Shown here: piece by piece, positions 1 through 10,591 of the stretch
Numbering within the stretch: position 1 is the stretch's first letter
Layout of the letters: the number at the start of each line of letters is the position of its first letter
Virus record (IMG/VR): IMGVR_UViG_3300027899_000001
Coordinates: 1-64,000 of that record
Length of the DNA: 64,000 bases
Direction: 5' to 3' (one strand)
Program-made: the position numbers and the translations under genes
Notes under the pieces: generated by a model
Told to the model about the DNA's origin: nothing
Database searches by the model: none
What the model saw: only the letters and a program-made list of their open reading frames with translations

Positions 1-2
1 GT

Positions 3-1934
3 GCTCAAGGAATCCAAGGCCAACAAGGCATTCAAGGCCAACAAGGCATTCAAGGTCAACAAGGAATCCAAGGAACTCAGGGAACACAAGGAACTCAGGG
101 AACACAAGGTGCTCAAGGCATTCAAGGAATTCAGGGAACACAAGGAACTCAAGGAACACAAGGTGCTCAAGGCATTCAAGGAACTCAGGGAACACAAGGT
201 GCTCAAGGCATTCAAGGAATTCAGGGAACACAAGGAACACAAGGAACACAAGGTGCTCAAGGTCAACAAGGCATTCAAGGTCAACAAGGAATTCAAGGTC
301 AACAAGGAATCCAAGGAACTCAGGGAACACAAGGAACTCAGGGAACACAAGGTGCTCAAGGCATTCAAGGAACTCAAGGAACACAAGGAACACAAGGTGC
401 TCAAGGAATTCAAGGTCAACAAGGAATCCAAGGTGTATCAGGTACTCAAGGAACACAAGGTGCTACTGGTTCTCAAGGAATACAAGGTCAACAAGGAACT
501 CAAGGTGCTCAAGGAATAACTGGTTCTCAAGGAACACAAGGAATAACTGGTTCTCAAGGAATTCAAGGTATTCAAGGTATTCAAGGTATAGGCTTACAAG
601 GAATTCAAGGTATTCAAGGAACTTCTTTTAATGATGCGTCTTTAGCTTTATATGTAAAAGAAGCTTCTTTAGGAACTTCATTTATTTGGGAATCTGGATA
701 TCTTGATGTAAGTGTTATAGGAGGTTCTGGTGTTTCTCAAGCATATGTAGATGGTTCTCTTATTTATATTAAATCAACTTATATTCCAGATATATCTCTT
801 AATCAATCTACGTTTAAATGGGTTGGAGGTTATCTTGAACCCAGTGTATCTGGAGCTGTAGCTGGTGTATATGTAAAAGAATCTTCTTTAGGTGCAGATT
901 TTTATTGGAATATAAATAATTTATTAGAAATTTCTACAGGAAATGCAATAGATTATTTTGTTACTAATTCTTCTCTTGGAAATGATTTTTACTGGGAGTT
1001 TGGATTTCTTGAAGTAAGTGGGGGTTTTGGTGTTCAAGGAATTCAAGGAATTCAAGGAATTCAGGGTTTAGGTTCTCAAGGAATTCAAGGTGCTCAAGGA
1101 ACTCAAGGTATTCAAGGAACTCAAGGAACACAAGGTACTCAAGGTATTCAAGGTATTCAAGGTGCTCAAGGAATTCAAGGACGTCAAGGAATTCAAGGAA
1201 TTCAAGGAACTCAGGGAACACAAGGAACACAAGGAACACAAGGAACTCAGGGAACACAGGGTGCTCAAGGAATTCAAGGTCAACAAGGAATTCAAGGTAC
1301 TCAAGGAACACAAGGAACACAAGGTGCTCAAGGAATTCAAGGTCAACAAGGAATCCAAGGAACTCAGGGAACTCAAGGAACACAAGGTGCTCAAGGAATT
1401 CAAGGTCAACAAGGAATCCAAGGTGTATCAGGTACTCAAGGAACACAAGGAACTCAAGGAACACAAGGTACTCAAGGTGCTCAAGGAATCCAAGGTATAT
1501 CAGGTACTCAAGGAACACAAGGAACTCAAGGAACACAAGGTACTCAAGGTGCTCAAGGAATCCAAGGTATATCAGGTACTCAAGGAACACAAGGAATAAT
1601 TGGACCACAAGGTGTTCAAGGTATTACTGCTGATTACAATAGAGTTGTATATTCTTTTATTGCTACAGATGCACAGACCGTATTTTCTCCAGTTCAATAT
1701 ACTATTACATTATTAGATGTATATTATAATGGTGTACGTTTACAATCTACAGAATATGTAGCAACAAATGGAACTTCTGTGACTCTAGTAGTTGGAGCAG
1801 AATTAGGAGCAGTAATAGATATAATAGCATTTACTCCAGGCGCAGCAGGAATTACTACAGGATTTACTGGAACATTTTTAGCTGATGGTTCTACTGTAAC
1901 AGTTACAAACGGATTAATTATATCAGTAGTTTAA
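3..1934 (+). CDS. Collagen-like (Gly-X-Gln) virion fibre protein, 5'-truncated by window edge
   Basis: Frame +3 is open from base 3 to TAA at 1932-1934; the ORF track missed it because it has no ATG. It has two GXQ tracts separated by a ~140-aa insert with YVKExSLGxxFxW repeats. The C-terminal domain FIATDAQTVF...LDVYYNGVRL..EYVATNGTSVTL resembles a common phage fibre/structural module. Confidence 0.85.
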   Translation, partial: AQGIQGQQGIQGQQGIQGQQGIQGTQGTQGTQGTQGAQGIQGIQGTQGTQGTQGAQGIQGTQGTQGAQGIQGIQGTQGTQGTQGAQGQQGIQGQQGIQGQQGIQGTQGTQGTQGTQGAQGIQGTQGTQGTQGAQGIQGQQGIQGVSGTQGTQGATGSQGIQGQQGTQGAQGITGSQGTQGITGSQGIQGIQGIQGIGLQGIQGIQGTSFNDASLALYVKEASLGTSFIWESGYLDVSVIGGSGVSQAYVDGSLIYIKSTYIPDISLNQSTFKWVGGYLEPSVSGAVAGVYVKESSLGADFYWNINNLLEISTGNAIDYFVTNSSLGNDFYWEFGFLEVSGGFGVQGIQGIQGIQGLGSQGIQGAQGTQGIQGTQGTQGTQGIQGIQGAQGIQGRQGIQGIQGTQGTQGTQGTQGTQGTQGAQGIQGQQGIQGTQGTQGTQGAQGIQGQQGIQGTQGTQGTQGAQGIQGQQGIQGVSGTQGTQGTQGTQGTQGAQGIQGISGTQGTQGTQGTQGTQGAQGIQGISGTQGTQGIIGPQGVQGITADYNRVVYSFIATDAQTVFSPVQYTITLLDVYYNGVRLQSTEYVATNGTSVTLVVGAELGAVIDIIAFTPGAAGITTGFTGTFLADGSTVTVTNGLIISVV

Positions 1935-1958
1935 TAATAATGTATAATATAAAATTTA

Positions 1959-3176
1959 ATGGGTAATACAAGAAAAATATCAACTATAGGTGATGTAGAA
2001 ATAGATGCAAGTGGATATCTATTTTTTGATGCAAATACATCTAAATGGTATATTAGATATGATTCTTCTATAAATGTAGATGGACCTACTGGAATTCAAG
2101 GAATTCAAGGAATTGATAATGATGCACAAGGAATAATAGGAAGTCAAGGTGCTCAAGGAAGTCAAGGAATTTTAGGAAGTCAAGGAACAGAAGGTGTTCA
2201 AGGAATTTCAGGAATTCAAGGTACTCAAGGTGCTCAAGGAATTCAAGGTACTCAGGGAACTCAAGGTACACAAGGAACACAAGGTGTTCAAGGAACTCAA
2301 GGTGCTCAAGGAATTCAAGGAACTCAAGGAGCTCAAGGAAATCAAGGAATACAAGGTGCTCAAGGTATTCAAGGAACACAGGGAACACAAGGTGCTCAAG
2401 GAGTTCAAGGTTCTCAAGGAAATCAAGGAATTCAAGGAACACAAGGAACACAAGGAATTCAAGGAACTCAAGGAACTCAAGGAACACAAGGTGTTCAGGG
2501 AATTCAAGGATATCAAGGAGTTCAAGGAGTTCAAGGAACTCAAGGATATCAAGGAGTTCAAGGAATACAAGGCGCTCAAGGAACACAGGGTATTCAAGGA
2601 ATAGCTGGAGTACAAGGACTTGAAAATAGTGACAAAGGATCTCAGGGAACACAAGGAACACAAGGAACACAGGGAGCTCAAGGAACTCAAGGTGCTCAAG
2701 GAACTCAAGGTACTCAAGGAATACAAGGACTTCAAGGAATACAGGGTCAAACAGGAATACAAGGTGCTCAAGGACGTCAAGGAACTCAAGGAACTTCTGG
2801 TTCTGATATACGTCTTAAAAAGAATATACGACCTTTTTTAGAGGGTATTCAAACTGTTATGAAAATAAATCCTGTTATTTATCAATGGAATGGTTTAGCA
2901 GGACATGAATATGAAAATGAAGATATTGTTGGTATTATAGGTAATGAAATTGAAACTATATTACCGTATTCTGTTAAAAGAGCAACAGGAAAATTAGAAA
3001 TTGATGGACCAGATTCTGAAGTTATTGAGTTTAATATTGATTCAGTAGTTTTTACACTTGTTAATTCTGTAAAAGAATTAAAACTTAAACTTGAAAAACT
3101 TAAAGAAAAAACTGATAGTTTGACATTGAAAAATATTCAAAGTATTCAAAGTATTCAAAATATAAACTATTTTTAA
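1959..3176 (+). CDS. Collagen-like fibre protein with C-terminal Peptidase_S74 intramolecular chaperone (paralog 1)
   Basis: MGNTRK head, long GXQ tract, then [15 protein letters not shown]...[11 protein letters not shown] and a terminal coiled coil. Confidence 0.85.
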   Translation: MGNTRKISTIGDVEIDASGYLFFDANTSKWYIRYDSSINVDGPTGIQGIQGIDNDAQGIIGSQGAQGSQGILGSQGTEGVQGISGIQGTQGAQGIQGTQGTQGTQGTQGVQGTQGAQGIQGTQGAQGNQGIQGAQGIQGTQGTQGAQGVQGSQGNQGIQGTQGTQGIQGTQGTQGTQGVQGIQGYQGVQGVQGTQGYQGVQGIQGAQGTQGIQGIAGVQGLENSDKGSQGTQGTQGTQGAQGTQGAQGTQGTQGIQGLQGIQGQTGIQGAQGRQGTQGTSGSDIRLKKNIRPFLEGIQTVMKINPVIYQWNGLAGHEYENEDIVGIIGNEIETILPYSVKRATGKLEIDGPDSEVIEFNIDSVVFTLVNSVKELKLKLEKLKEKTDSLTLKNIQSIQSIQNINYF

Positions 3177-3178
3177 TT

Positions 3179-4363
3179 ATGGGAAATACAAGAAAATTAG
3201 GAGATGTTGGTGATGTAAAAATAGATATAAGTAGTTTTTTATATTTTGATGTAGATGTTTCTATTTGGTATAATTTATATGATGTTTCATTAGCAGCAAA
3301 GCTTCAAGGTATTCAAGGTATTCAAGGAATACAGGGAACACAAGGAACACAAGGTGCTCAAGGAAAAGAAGGAGAACAGGGAGAAGAAGGTATAGATGGA
3401 ATTCAAGGAGCTCAAGGTATACAAGGAACTCAAGGTGCACAAGGTACTCAAGGAATTTTAGGAGATGAAGGCATTCAAGGTACTCAAGGTACTCAAGGTA
3501 CTCAAGGTGCTCAGGGTGTTCAAGGTGTACAAGGTTCTCAAGGTTCTCAAGGAATTCAAGGTTCTCAAGGAATTTCAGGTATACAAGGAACTCAAGGAAC
3601 TCAGGGTTCACAAGGTATTCAAGGTCTTCAAGGAATTTTAGGAATTCAAGGTTCTCAAGGAATAATAGGTGTTCAAGGAATTCAAGGAATTTTAGGTGTT
3701 CAAGGTGTTCAAGGAACTCAAGGTGCTCAAGGAATTCAAGGTGTTCAAGGAATTCAAGGAACACAAGGATCTCAAGGTGCTCAAGGAATTTCAGGTATAC
3801 AAGGTGCTCAAGGAACTCAAGGTGCTCAAGGAACTCAAGGTGCTCAAGGAACTCAAGGTGCTCAAGGAACACAAGGAACACAAGGAACACAAGGTGCTCA
3901 AGGAACTCAGGGAACTCAAGGAACACAAGGAACACAAGGTGCTCAAGGAATACAGGGAAGACAAGGTACTCAAGGTGTACAAGGAATTCAAGGAATTCAA
4001 GGAATTCAAGGAAGAACAGGATCTTCTGATATACGTCTAAAGAAAAATATACGTCCTTTTTTAGAAGGAGTTCAAACTGTTACAAAAATAAATCCTGTAA
4101 TTTATCAATGGAATGGTTTAGGAGAATATCCACATGAAAATGAAGATATTATTGGTATAATTGGTAATGAACTTGAAAGATTTATGCCTTATGCTATTAA
4201 AAGAAGAACTGGAAAATTGGAAATAGACGGGCCAGATTCTGAAATTATGCAATTTGATATATCTCCCATAGTTTTTTCTCTTGTTAATGCAGTAAAAGAA
4301 TTAGAAGGAGAAATTATTTATATGGAACACTTGGTTCAAACATTAAATGGATCGATAAATTAA
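3179..4363 (+). CDS. Collagen-like fibre protein with C-terminal Peptidase_S74 chaperone (paralog 2)
   Basis: Same architecture as 1959-3176; SDIRLKKNI motif present. Confidence 0.85.
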   Translation: MGNTRKLGDVGDVKIDISSFLYFDVDVSIWYNLYDVSLAAKLQGIQGIQGIQGTQGTQGAQGKEGEQGEEGIDGIQGAQGIQGTQGAQGTQGILGDEGIQGTQGTQGTQGAQGVQGVQGSQGSQGIQGSQGISGIQGTQGTQGSQGIQGLQGILGIQGSQGIIGVQGIQGILGVQGVQGTQGAQGIQGVQGIQGTQGSQGAQGISGIQGAQGTQGAQGTQGAQGTQGAQGTQGTQGTQGAQGTQGTQGTQGTQGAQGIQGRQGTQGVQGIQGIQGIQGRTGSSDIRLKKNIRPFLEGVQTVTKINPVIYQWNGLGEYPHENEDIIGIIGNELERFMPYAIKRRTGKLEIDGPDSEIMQFDISPIVFSLVNAVKELEGEIIYMEHLVQTLNGSIN

Positions 4364-4375
4364 ATATATGATATA

Positions 4376-5590
4376 ATGTACAATACTACAAAAATAGGAT
4401 TAATTGGTGATACAAATGTAGATGTAAGTGGATGTTTATATTTTAATGCTGAAGCTTCTATTTGGTATATAGTATATGATGCTTCTTTACCACAAGGAAC
4501 ACAAGGTATTCAAGGAGCTCAAGGATTTTATGGAACACAAGGAACACAAGGAACACAAGGAACACAAGGAACACAAGGTACTCAAGGAACACAAGGTGCT
4601 CAAGGTGCTCAAGGTGCTCAAGGTATTCAAGGTGAACAAGGTATACAAGGTACTCAAGGAACACAAGGTGCTCAAGGTGCTCAAGGAACTCAAGGTACTC
4701 AAGGTGCTCAAGGTGCTCAAGGTATAATAGGTTATCAAGGAATTCAAGGTATTCAAGGAATTCAAGGTATTCAAGGAATTCAAGGTACACAAGGAACTCA
4801 AGGAAGACAAGGTACACAAGGAACTCAGGGAAATACTAATACAATTCAAGGTGCTCAAGGAATTCAAGGAACACAAGGTCGTCAAGGAATTCAAGGTACT
4901 CAAGGTACTCAAGGTACTCAAGGTGCTCAAAGTGCTCAAGGAACACAAGGTCGTCAAGGAATTCAAGGAACTCAAGGTACTCAAGGTGCTCAAGGTGCTC
5001 AAGGAACACAAGGAGCGCAAGGATATCAAGGAATTCAAGGAACACAAGGAACACAAGGAACACAAGGAACACAAGGAACACAAGGAACACAAGGTACTCA
5101 AGGAGATCAAGGAGAAGAAGGAACACAAGGAACACAAGGAACACAAGGAATTCAATCACCTCAAGGAGTTGTAGGAAGTCAAGGTCGTCAAGGAATTCAA
5201 GGAAGAAGAGGTGCATCAGCATCAGATATACGTTTAAAGAAAAATATACGTCCTTTTTTAGAAGGCGTTCAAACTGTTACAAAAATAAATCCTGTTATTT
5301 ATCAATGGGTAGGATTATGGAATTATCCACATGAAAATGAAGATATTGTTGGTATTATAGGTAATGAACTTGAAAAATTTATGCCTTATGCTATTAAAAG
5401 AAGACCTGTAAATTTACAAAATGATGTACCAGATTCACAGGTTATTGAATTTAATCTTGAACCTGTAATTTATACTCTTGTTAATGCAATAAAAGAATTA
5501 AACATAGAAAAAGATAATATCAAAAAACAAATTAAAATGTTGATAAATATACAAAGAAATAAAGAATTGCAAGGAATACAAGGAATTTAA
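4376..5590 (+). CDS. Collagen-like fibre protein with C-terminal Peptidase_S74 chaperone (paralog 3)
   Basis: Same architecture; SDIRLKKNI motif present. Confidence 0.85.
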   Translation: MYNTTKIGLIGDTNVDVSGCLYFNAEASIWYIVYDASLPQGTQGIQGAQGFYGTQGTQGTQGTQGTQGTQGTQGAQGAQGAQGIQGEQGIQGTQGTQGAQGAQGTQGTQGAQGAQGIIGYQGIQGIQGIQGIQGIQGTQGTQGRQGTQGTQGNTNTIQGAQGIQGTQGRQGIQGTQGTQGTQGAQSAQGTQGRQGIQGTQGTQGAQGAQGTQGAQGYQGIQGTQGTQGTQGTQGTQGTQGTQGDQGEEGTQGTQGTQGIQSPQGVVGSQGRQGIQGRRGASASDIRLKKNIRPFLEGVQTVTKINPVIYQWVGLWNYPHENEDIVGIIGNELEKFMPYAIKRRPVNLQNDVPDSQVIEFNLEPVIYTLVNAIKELNIEKDNIKKQIKMLINIQRNKELQGIQGI

Positions 5591-5610
5591 CAATTAAAAA
5601 AATAAATATT

Positions 5611-5841
5611 ATGATTGATTTAAAACGTTATTATCGATTAAAACCACAAGGTTTATGTTGGGTAGAAAAATATAAAGAAGATTACGTTGTATTATTTAAA
5701 AGATTTGATAATGAAAACGGAAAAGAACTTACACATGAACCTAATTATGTTACTATAGAAAATCTTGAAAAAGATAAACAAGAACTTACAATACAATTAG
5801 AAGCATTAAATTCTATTTTAGAAGATATTAAGAAATTATAA
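5611..5841 (+). CDS. Hypothetical protein with C-terminal coiled coil
   Basis: 76-aa ORF; its stop overlaps the next start (TAATG). Confidence 0.65.
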   Translation: MIDLKRYYRLKPQGLCWVEKYKEDYVVLFKRFDNENGKELTHEPNYVTIENLEKDKQELTIQLEALNSILEDIKKL

Positions 5842-6323
5842 TGGCAATACCAAGATTAAATATATCATGTGCTTCAACTAATCTAAATAGTATGCCGTAT
5901 ACTTTATGGGGAAATATATATTATCCTCAAAATGGTGTTAGTTTTCGTACGCTATTTAACACAAGAAATGTTAGTACAGGACGATGTGATGTAAGTACAA
6001 TGGGTGGATTAACTGTTAGTTTTTCTACGAATCCTACTGGAACAATGCATTGGAATCAAAATAATTTTAATCCTCAAACAGTTACTGTAACTGCAAATTG
6101 TGCATGGACACCAGTTTTAACAGCAGAAAATCCATCAGGATCTTTTACAATAAATAATGTAACAGGAACAGCACAATTAGGAGGTAATTACGTAGGAGGT
6201 AACGGAAGTTTTCAGCCTAGACATATGGCAAATGGAAACGGAAGCACAGGAACAATTACTATTTATTATTCTAATGGATCTGGCGGAATATCCACACAAA
6301 CTATATTATTAGCTGTACCGTAA
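5841..6323 (+). CDS. Hypothetical N/G/T/S-rich beta-structured protein, possibly fibre-associated
   Basis: 160-aa ORF coupled to the upstream gene; composition typical of virion appendage proteins. Confidence 0.6.
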   Translation: MAIPRLNISCASTNLNSMPYTLWGNIYYPQNGVSFRTLFNTRNVSTGRCDVSTMGGLTVSFSTNPTGTMHWNQNNFNPQTVTVTANCAWTPVLTAENPSGSFTINNVTGTAQLGGNYVGGNGSFQPRHMANGNGSTGTITIYYSNGSGGISTQTILLAVP

Positions 6324-6387
6324 AATATAAAACTTTCTAAATAATTCTATATATAATAATTAAAGTTTATACTTAAAACTAATATAA

Positions 6388-9054
6388 ATGAATAGAAACC
6401 TATGTAAAAAAGTTCTATCAGAGGGTGGAAAACTTATACCATTAATCATACCTAGTTCATCTTCTAAAGGACTTGGATTAATGAATCCATCAATACTTTT
6501 AGATACAACAAAAATTTTACTTAATCTCAGAAATATAAATTATACTCTTTATCATTCTGAGAACAAACAAGTGTTTAACAACAGATTCGGACCATTAGTA
6601 TATCTAAATCCTGAAAATGATCTTCATTTAAGAACATTTAATTTTTATTGTGAACTTGATACAGAAAAATTAAATATAGTTAAACATTATCCTATTGATA
6701 CATCAACGTTTGATAAAGAACCTCTTTGGGAATTTGTAGGATTAGAAGATGCGCGTTATGTAAGATGGGATGGAAAACTTTTTGCTTGTGGTGTAAGAAG
6801 AGATACTACTACTAATGGACAAGGCCGTATGGAATTATCAGAATTAATTGAAAAAAACGAATCTGAATTAAAACCAGGAGAAAGTCCTATTAAAGAAATA
6901 AATAGATTTCGTATTGAGCCGCCAGGGCCTTCTACATATTGCGAAAAAAATTGGATGCCTATATTAGATATGCCTTATCATTTTGTTAAATGGTGTAATC
7001 CTACTCAAGTTGTTAAAGTTAATACAAAAACTCTTACATCTGAAACTGTATTTTTAAGTAATAGTCATATACCAAATATTCCTGATTTTAGAGGAAGTTC
7101 CCAAGTAATAAACTATAAAGATTATAGAATGTGTCTTATTCATGAAGTTAATCTTTTTAATAATAAGCTTCAGCAAAAAGATGCAACGTATATGCATCGA
7201 TTTGTAGTATGGGATAAAAATTGGAACATTGTTAAAATATCAGAACCATTTTCATTTATGGATGGTGAAATTGAATTTTGTTGCGGCATGGCTTTATATA
7301 AAAAAGATTTATTAATATCTTTTGGATTTCAAGATAATGCTGCATATATATTAAAAGTTCCAGAAAATATTATTGATGAAATTATTGGATTTAAACAATC
7401 AGATTTTGATTGGGGTTTAATAGAAAAAAATCCTTGGTTTAAATCTGTTCTTATAGATGAAATTTTTATAAATGATGATTATCAAAAGTTTTTTAAAGTT
7501 GAAAAAGATGACGTTGTTGTAGATGTAGGTGCAAGTGTTGGGCCATTTACATATAATATTTTAAATAAAAAACCTAAACGTGTATTTTGTTTAGAACCTT
7601 CGAGAGAATTATTTCCAACTTTATTAAAAAATGCTAAAGATCATTCAATCATATGTATAAATAAAGGAATATCAAATGAAGATGATATAGATACATTAGA
7701 TGGTGTGTATAATTCTGAATCAAATGAAATGTTTAATTCTTCATATTATGCAGATACTATTAAATTTAAAACCTTTATAAATAAATATAATATCTCAAAA
7801 ATAGATTTTCTTAAAACTGATTGTGAAGGAGGAGAATACGATATATTTAATGATGAAAATTTTGATTGGATTAAATCAAATGTTAAAAAAATAGCAGGTG
7901 AATTTCATTTATCAAATTTTAAATATAAAGAAAAATTTAAAAAATTCAGAGAGACATATTTAAAAACATTTACAAATGCTAAAATATATTCTATGGATGG
8001 AATAGATATTAAATGGGATTTATGGAGTGATCATTTTTTAGAATTTTATGGACAAATACTTGTGTATATTGATAATACAATTCCTTCAATTGAAATTAAA
8101 AAAGAAGAAATACCAGTTATTAAAAAAATTGAACCAGTTTCTCCAATTGTAAAAAAAGATAAAAAGAAAAAAAACTATTGGAAAACTGCAAAATGGGCTA
8201 CATTTGAAATAACTACAAATATCCTTTCAAAAGGATGTATAATGAATTGTGTATTTTGTCCTCAAAAAACATTATTAAGTAAATATAAAGGGGAAAGAAT
8301 GTTATCATATGATAATTTTGTAAAAATACTAGATAAAATTCCTAAAGATATTGCCATTATATTTTCAGGTTTTTCTGAACCTTGGTTAAATAAGAAATGC
8401 ACAGATATGCTTTTATATGCTCATAAAAAAGGCCATCAAATATCATTGTTTACAACAGGAATAGGTATGGAGATAGAAGATTTTGAGAAAATAAAACATA
8501 TACCATTTGCATCAGGCCCAAAAGAACCTCAAGTAGGATATCTGGGATTTCCTATTAATAATGGGGGATTTACTCTACATCTTCCTGATAATGAATTATA
8601 TGCTAAACATCCTATTACAGAAAAATATATTAAATTACTAAATCATATTAAAGAACACGAGAATGAAATAGCCAATTTTACTCTAACATGTATGGGTACT
8701 GTGCATGATAAAGTAAAAGATATATTTCCGACAGCATATAAAACAGATATATGGTCTCGTGGAGAAAATGTAGTAAAAGAAAAAACTTTTCGTCCTGAGA
8801 TAGTATCTGTAATAGATGGAAATTTTAAATCAGGATATCAATGGGAAGAACCTGCAACATGTAGATGTGATGAACATCTTTATCATAATGTGTTACTTCC
8901 TAATGGAGATGTTGTATTATGCTGTATGGATTATAGTTTAGAACATGTTCTCGGAAATTTATATACTCAAGAATATGATGAAATACTTCCTGCACCCAAT
9001 ACTACTTTTGATTTATGTAAATTGTGTGAAAATGGATTACCACTTAAAAAATAA
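6388..9054 (+). CDS. Fusion of GH130-like beta-propeller, FkbM-type methyltransferase and radical SAM/SPASM domains
   Basis: N-terminal MNPSI/GLEDAR/EKNW/EFCCG propeller motifs; VVVDVGASVG and KIDFLKTDCEGGEY methyltransferase motifs; CIMNCVFC (CxxxCxxC) plus VLLPNGDVVLCC and CKLC. Confidence 0.75.
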   Translation: MNRNLCKKVLSEGGKLIPLIIPSSSSKGLGLMNPSILLDTTKILLNLRNINYTLYHSENKQVFNNRFGPLVYLNPENDLHLRTFNFYCELDTEKLNIVKHYPIDTSTFDKEPLWEFVGLEDARYVRWDGKLFACGVRRDTTTNGQGRMELSELIEKNESELKPGESPIKEINRFRIEPPGPSTYCEKNWMPILDMPYHFVKWCNPTQVVKVNTKTLTSETVFLSNSHIPNIPDFRGSSQVINYKDYRMCLIHEVNLFNNKLQQKDATYMHRFVVWDKNWNIVKISEPFSFMDGEIEFCCGMALYKKDLLISFGFQDNAAYILKVPENIIDEIIGFKQSDFDWGLIEKNPWFKSVLIDEIFINDDYQKFFKVEKDDVVVDVGASVGPFTYNILNKKPKRVFCLEPSRELFPTLLKNAKDHSIICINKGISNEDDIDTLDGVYNSESNEMFNSSYYADTIKFKTFINKYNISKIDFLKTDCEGGEYDIFNDENFDWIKSNVKKIAGEFHLSNFKYKEKFKKFRETYLKTFTNAKIYSMDGIDIKWDLWSDHFLEFYGQILVYIDNTIPSIEIKKEEIPVIKKIEPVSPIVKKDKKKKNYWKTAKWATFEITTNILSKGCIMNCVFCPQKTLLSKYKGERMLSYDNFVKILDKIPKDIAIIFSGFSEPWLNKKCTDMLLYAHKKGHQISLFTTGIGMEIEDFEKIKHIPFASGPKEPQVGYLGFPINNGGFTLHLPDNELYAKHPITEKYIKLLNHIKEHENEIANFTLTCMGTVHDKVKDIFPTAYKTDIWSRGENVVKEKTFRPEIVSVIDGNFKSGYQWEEPATCRCDEHLYHNVLLPNGDVVLCCMDYSLEHVLGNLYTQEYDEILPAPNTTFDLCKLCENGLPLKK

Positions 9055-9060
9055 AAATTT

Positions 9061-10296
9061 ATGCTACCAAACTTAGATTCAGCTTTATCAAATTATATAT
9101 CAGACCCAAAAAATCCTGATTATAATTTTATACTTGGACAAATTTATGAAAATATGGGACATACTGCTGCAGCAGCGTCTTTTTATATAAGAACTACAGA
9201 ATTTGGAATAGAAGATTTATTATCATATGAAGCTTTATTACGATTAGCTTTATGTTTTGATAGACAAGGATCAAGAGTATTTACAGTGAAGGGTATTCTT
9301 CTACGTGCAGTTGCTTTAATTCCTACTAGACCCGAAGCATATTTTTTATTAAGTAGAATATATGAAAATTCTAGAGATTGGCAAGAGTGTTATGCTATTG
9401 CCAGTATTGCAGAACAAATGATTAAAGACCCTGATGTATTATTACAGACTAATGTTGAGTATCCTGGAAGATATGGAGTAACTTTTGAAAAAGCAGTAGC
9501 TGCATGGTGGATAGGATTATATGATGAATCTATACATATATTTAAAGAATTAGAAAAAAGATCAGATATTCAAGAAATTCATAGAATAGTATCTCGTAAT
9601 AATATAATAAATCTTGCAGGTAATTTATGGAAAAATCCTATAACATATTTTAATTATCTTTATGAACATTTACGAGTTAAATTTCCAGGAGCAGAATATA
9701 TTTCACAAAATTATTCTCAATGTTATCAAGATATGTTTGTTTTAACGATGTTAAATGGAAAAAGAGAAGGAAAATTTTTAGAAGTTGGATGTGCTGGACC
9801 TTATTTTGGAAACAATACAGCATTATTAGAAAAATCTTTTGCGTGGACAGGAATTTCCATTGATATAGATCAAAATTCTATAAACGAATTTTCATCAGAA
9901 CGAATTAGTAAAGCTATTTGTGCTGATGCTACAAAAGTAGATTATTCAAATTTATTAGAAGGAGATTATGATTATTTACAATTAGATTGCGATCCTCCTT
10001 TAATAACATATCAAACTTTATTAAAAATACCATTTGAGCAACATAGATTTGCTGTTATAACATTTGAACATGATCATTATGCAGATGAAAATAGTAAAAT
10101 TCGTGATAAATCAAGAAAATATTTAGAATCTCATGGATATGAATTAGTTGTAGCAAACATAGCGCCTGATTTATATTCTCCATATGAAGATTGGTGGGTT
10201 CATCCTGATCTAGTTGATAGATATATAATAAATATAATGAAAGATGTTTCTGATGCTCCAAAACGATCAGATAATTATATGTTAAAAAGAAAATAG
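9061..10296 (+). CDS. TPR-repeat protein fused to a SAM-dependent (FkbM-like) methyltransferase
   Basis: N-terminal TPR-like helices (PTRPEAYFLLS); C-terminal SQCYQDMFV, FLEVGCA, DYLQLDCD, ITFEHD and EDWWV motifs. Confidence 0.7.
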   Translation: MLPNLDSALSNYISDPKNPDYNFILGQIYENMGHTAAAASFYIRTTEFGIEDLLSYEALLRLALCFDRQGSRVFTVKGILLRAVALIPTRPEAYFLLSRIYENSRDWQECYAIASIAEQMIKDPDVLLQTNVEYPGRYGVTFEKAVAAWWIGLYDESIHIFKELEKRSDIQEIHRIVSRNNIINLAGNLWKNPITYFNYLYEHLRVKFPGAEYISQNYSQCYQDMFVLTMLNGKREGKFLEVGCAGPYFGNNTALLEKSFAWTGISIDIDQNSINEFSSERISKAICADATKVDYSNLLEGDYDYLQLDCDPPLITYQTLLKIPFEQHRFAVITFEHDHYADENSKIRDKSRKYLESHGYELVVANIAPDLYSPYEDWWVHPDLVDRYIINIMKDVSDAPKRSDNYMLKRK

Positions 10297-10301
10297 GATG
10301 C

Positions 10302-10547
10302 ATGATAAAACAGATATTAAAGGGTTACATTTTATGGGTATGGTATTATTTATATAAACCTTACAGAGATAAACGAAAAGAAGATGCGGAAAAACGAATA
10401 AAAATTTGTGAAGCTTGCGAATTTTTTTGGAAGTCAGGACGAAATTGTATATTGTGTGGGTGTTATATGGATGTAAAAACTAAAATGCGATTTGATTTAG
10501 ATGAACACGGAAAAAGTATAGATGGCTGTAAAGAAAAAAAATGGTAA
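10302..10547 (+). CDS. Small Cys-rich protein
   Basis: CEAC...CILCGC...C..KKW pattern seen in small phage proteins. Confidence 0.7.
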   Translation: MIKQILKGYILWVWYYLYKPYRDKRKEDAEKRIKICEACEFFWKSGRNCILCGCYMDVKTKMRFDLDEHGKSIDGCKEKKW

Positions 10548-10569
10548 GGAGCTTAACGCTCCTTTTTTT
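10546..10569 (+). terminator. Rho-independent terminator
   Basis: AAGGAGC-TTAAC-GCTCCTT hairpin followed by a T run. Confidence 0.8.
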
Positions 10570-10591
10570 ATGAATATATAACTTATAAAAG

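Noticed and set aside
1-5200. CRISPR-like or satellite appearance of the short tandem repeats
   Set aside because: There is no constant 25-45 bp repeat with unique spacers; the repeats are coding triplets.
1-5222. Many alternative-frame and antisense ORFs (KEHKEF-, LEFLEH-, SLSSL-rich) over the collagen genes
   Set aside because: They are by-products of the 9-bp GGW-NNN-CAA periodicity, which lacks stops in other frames; only the Gly-X-Gln frame connects to real domains.
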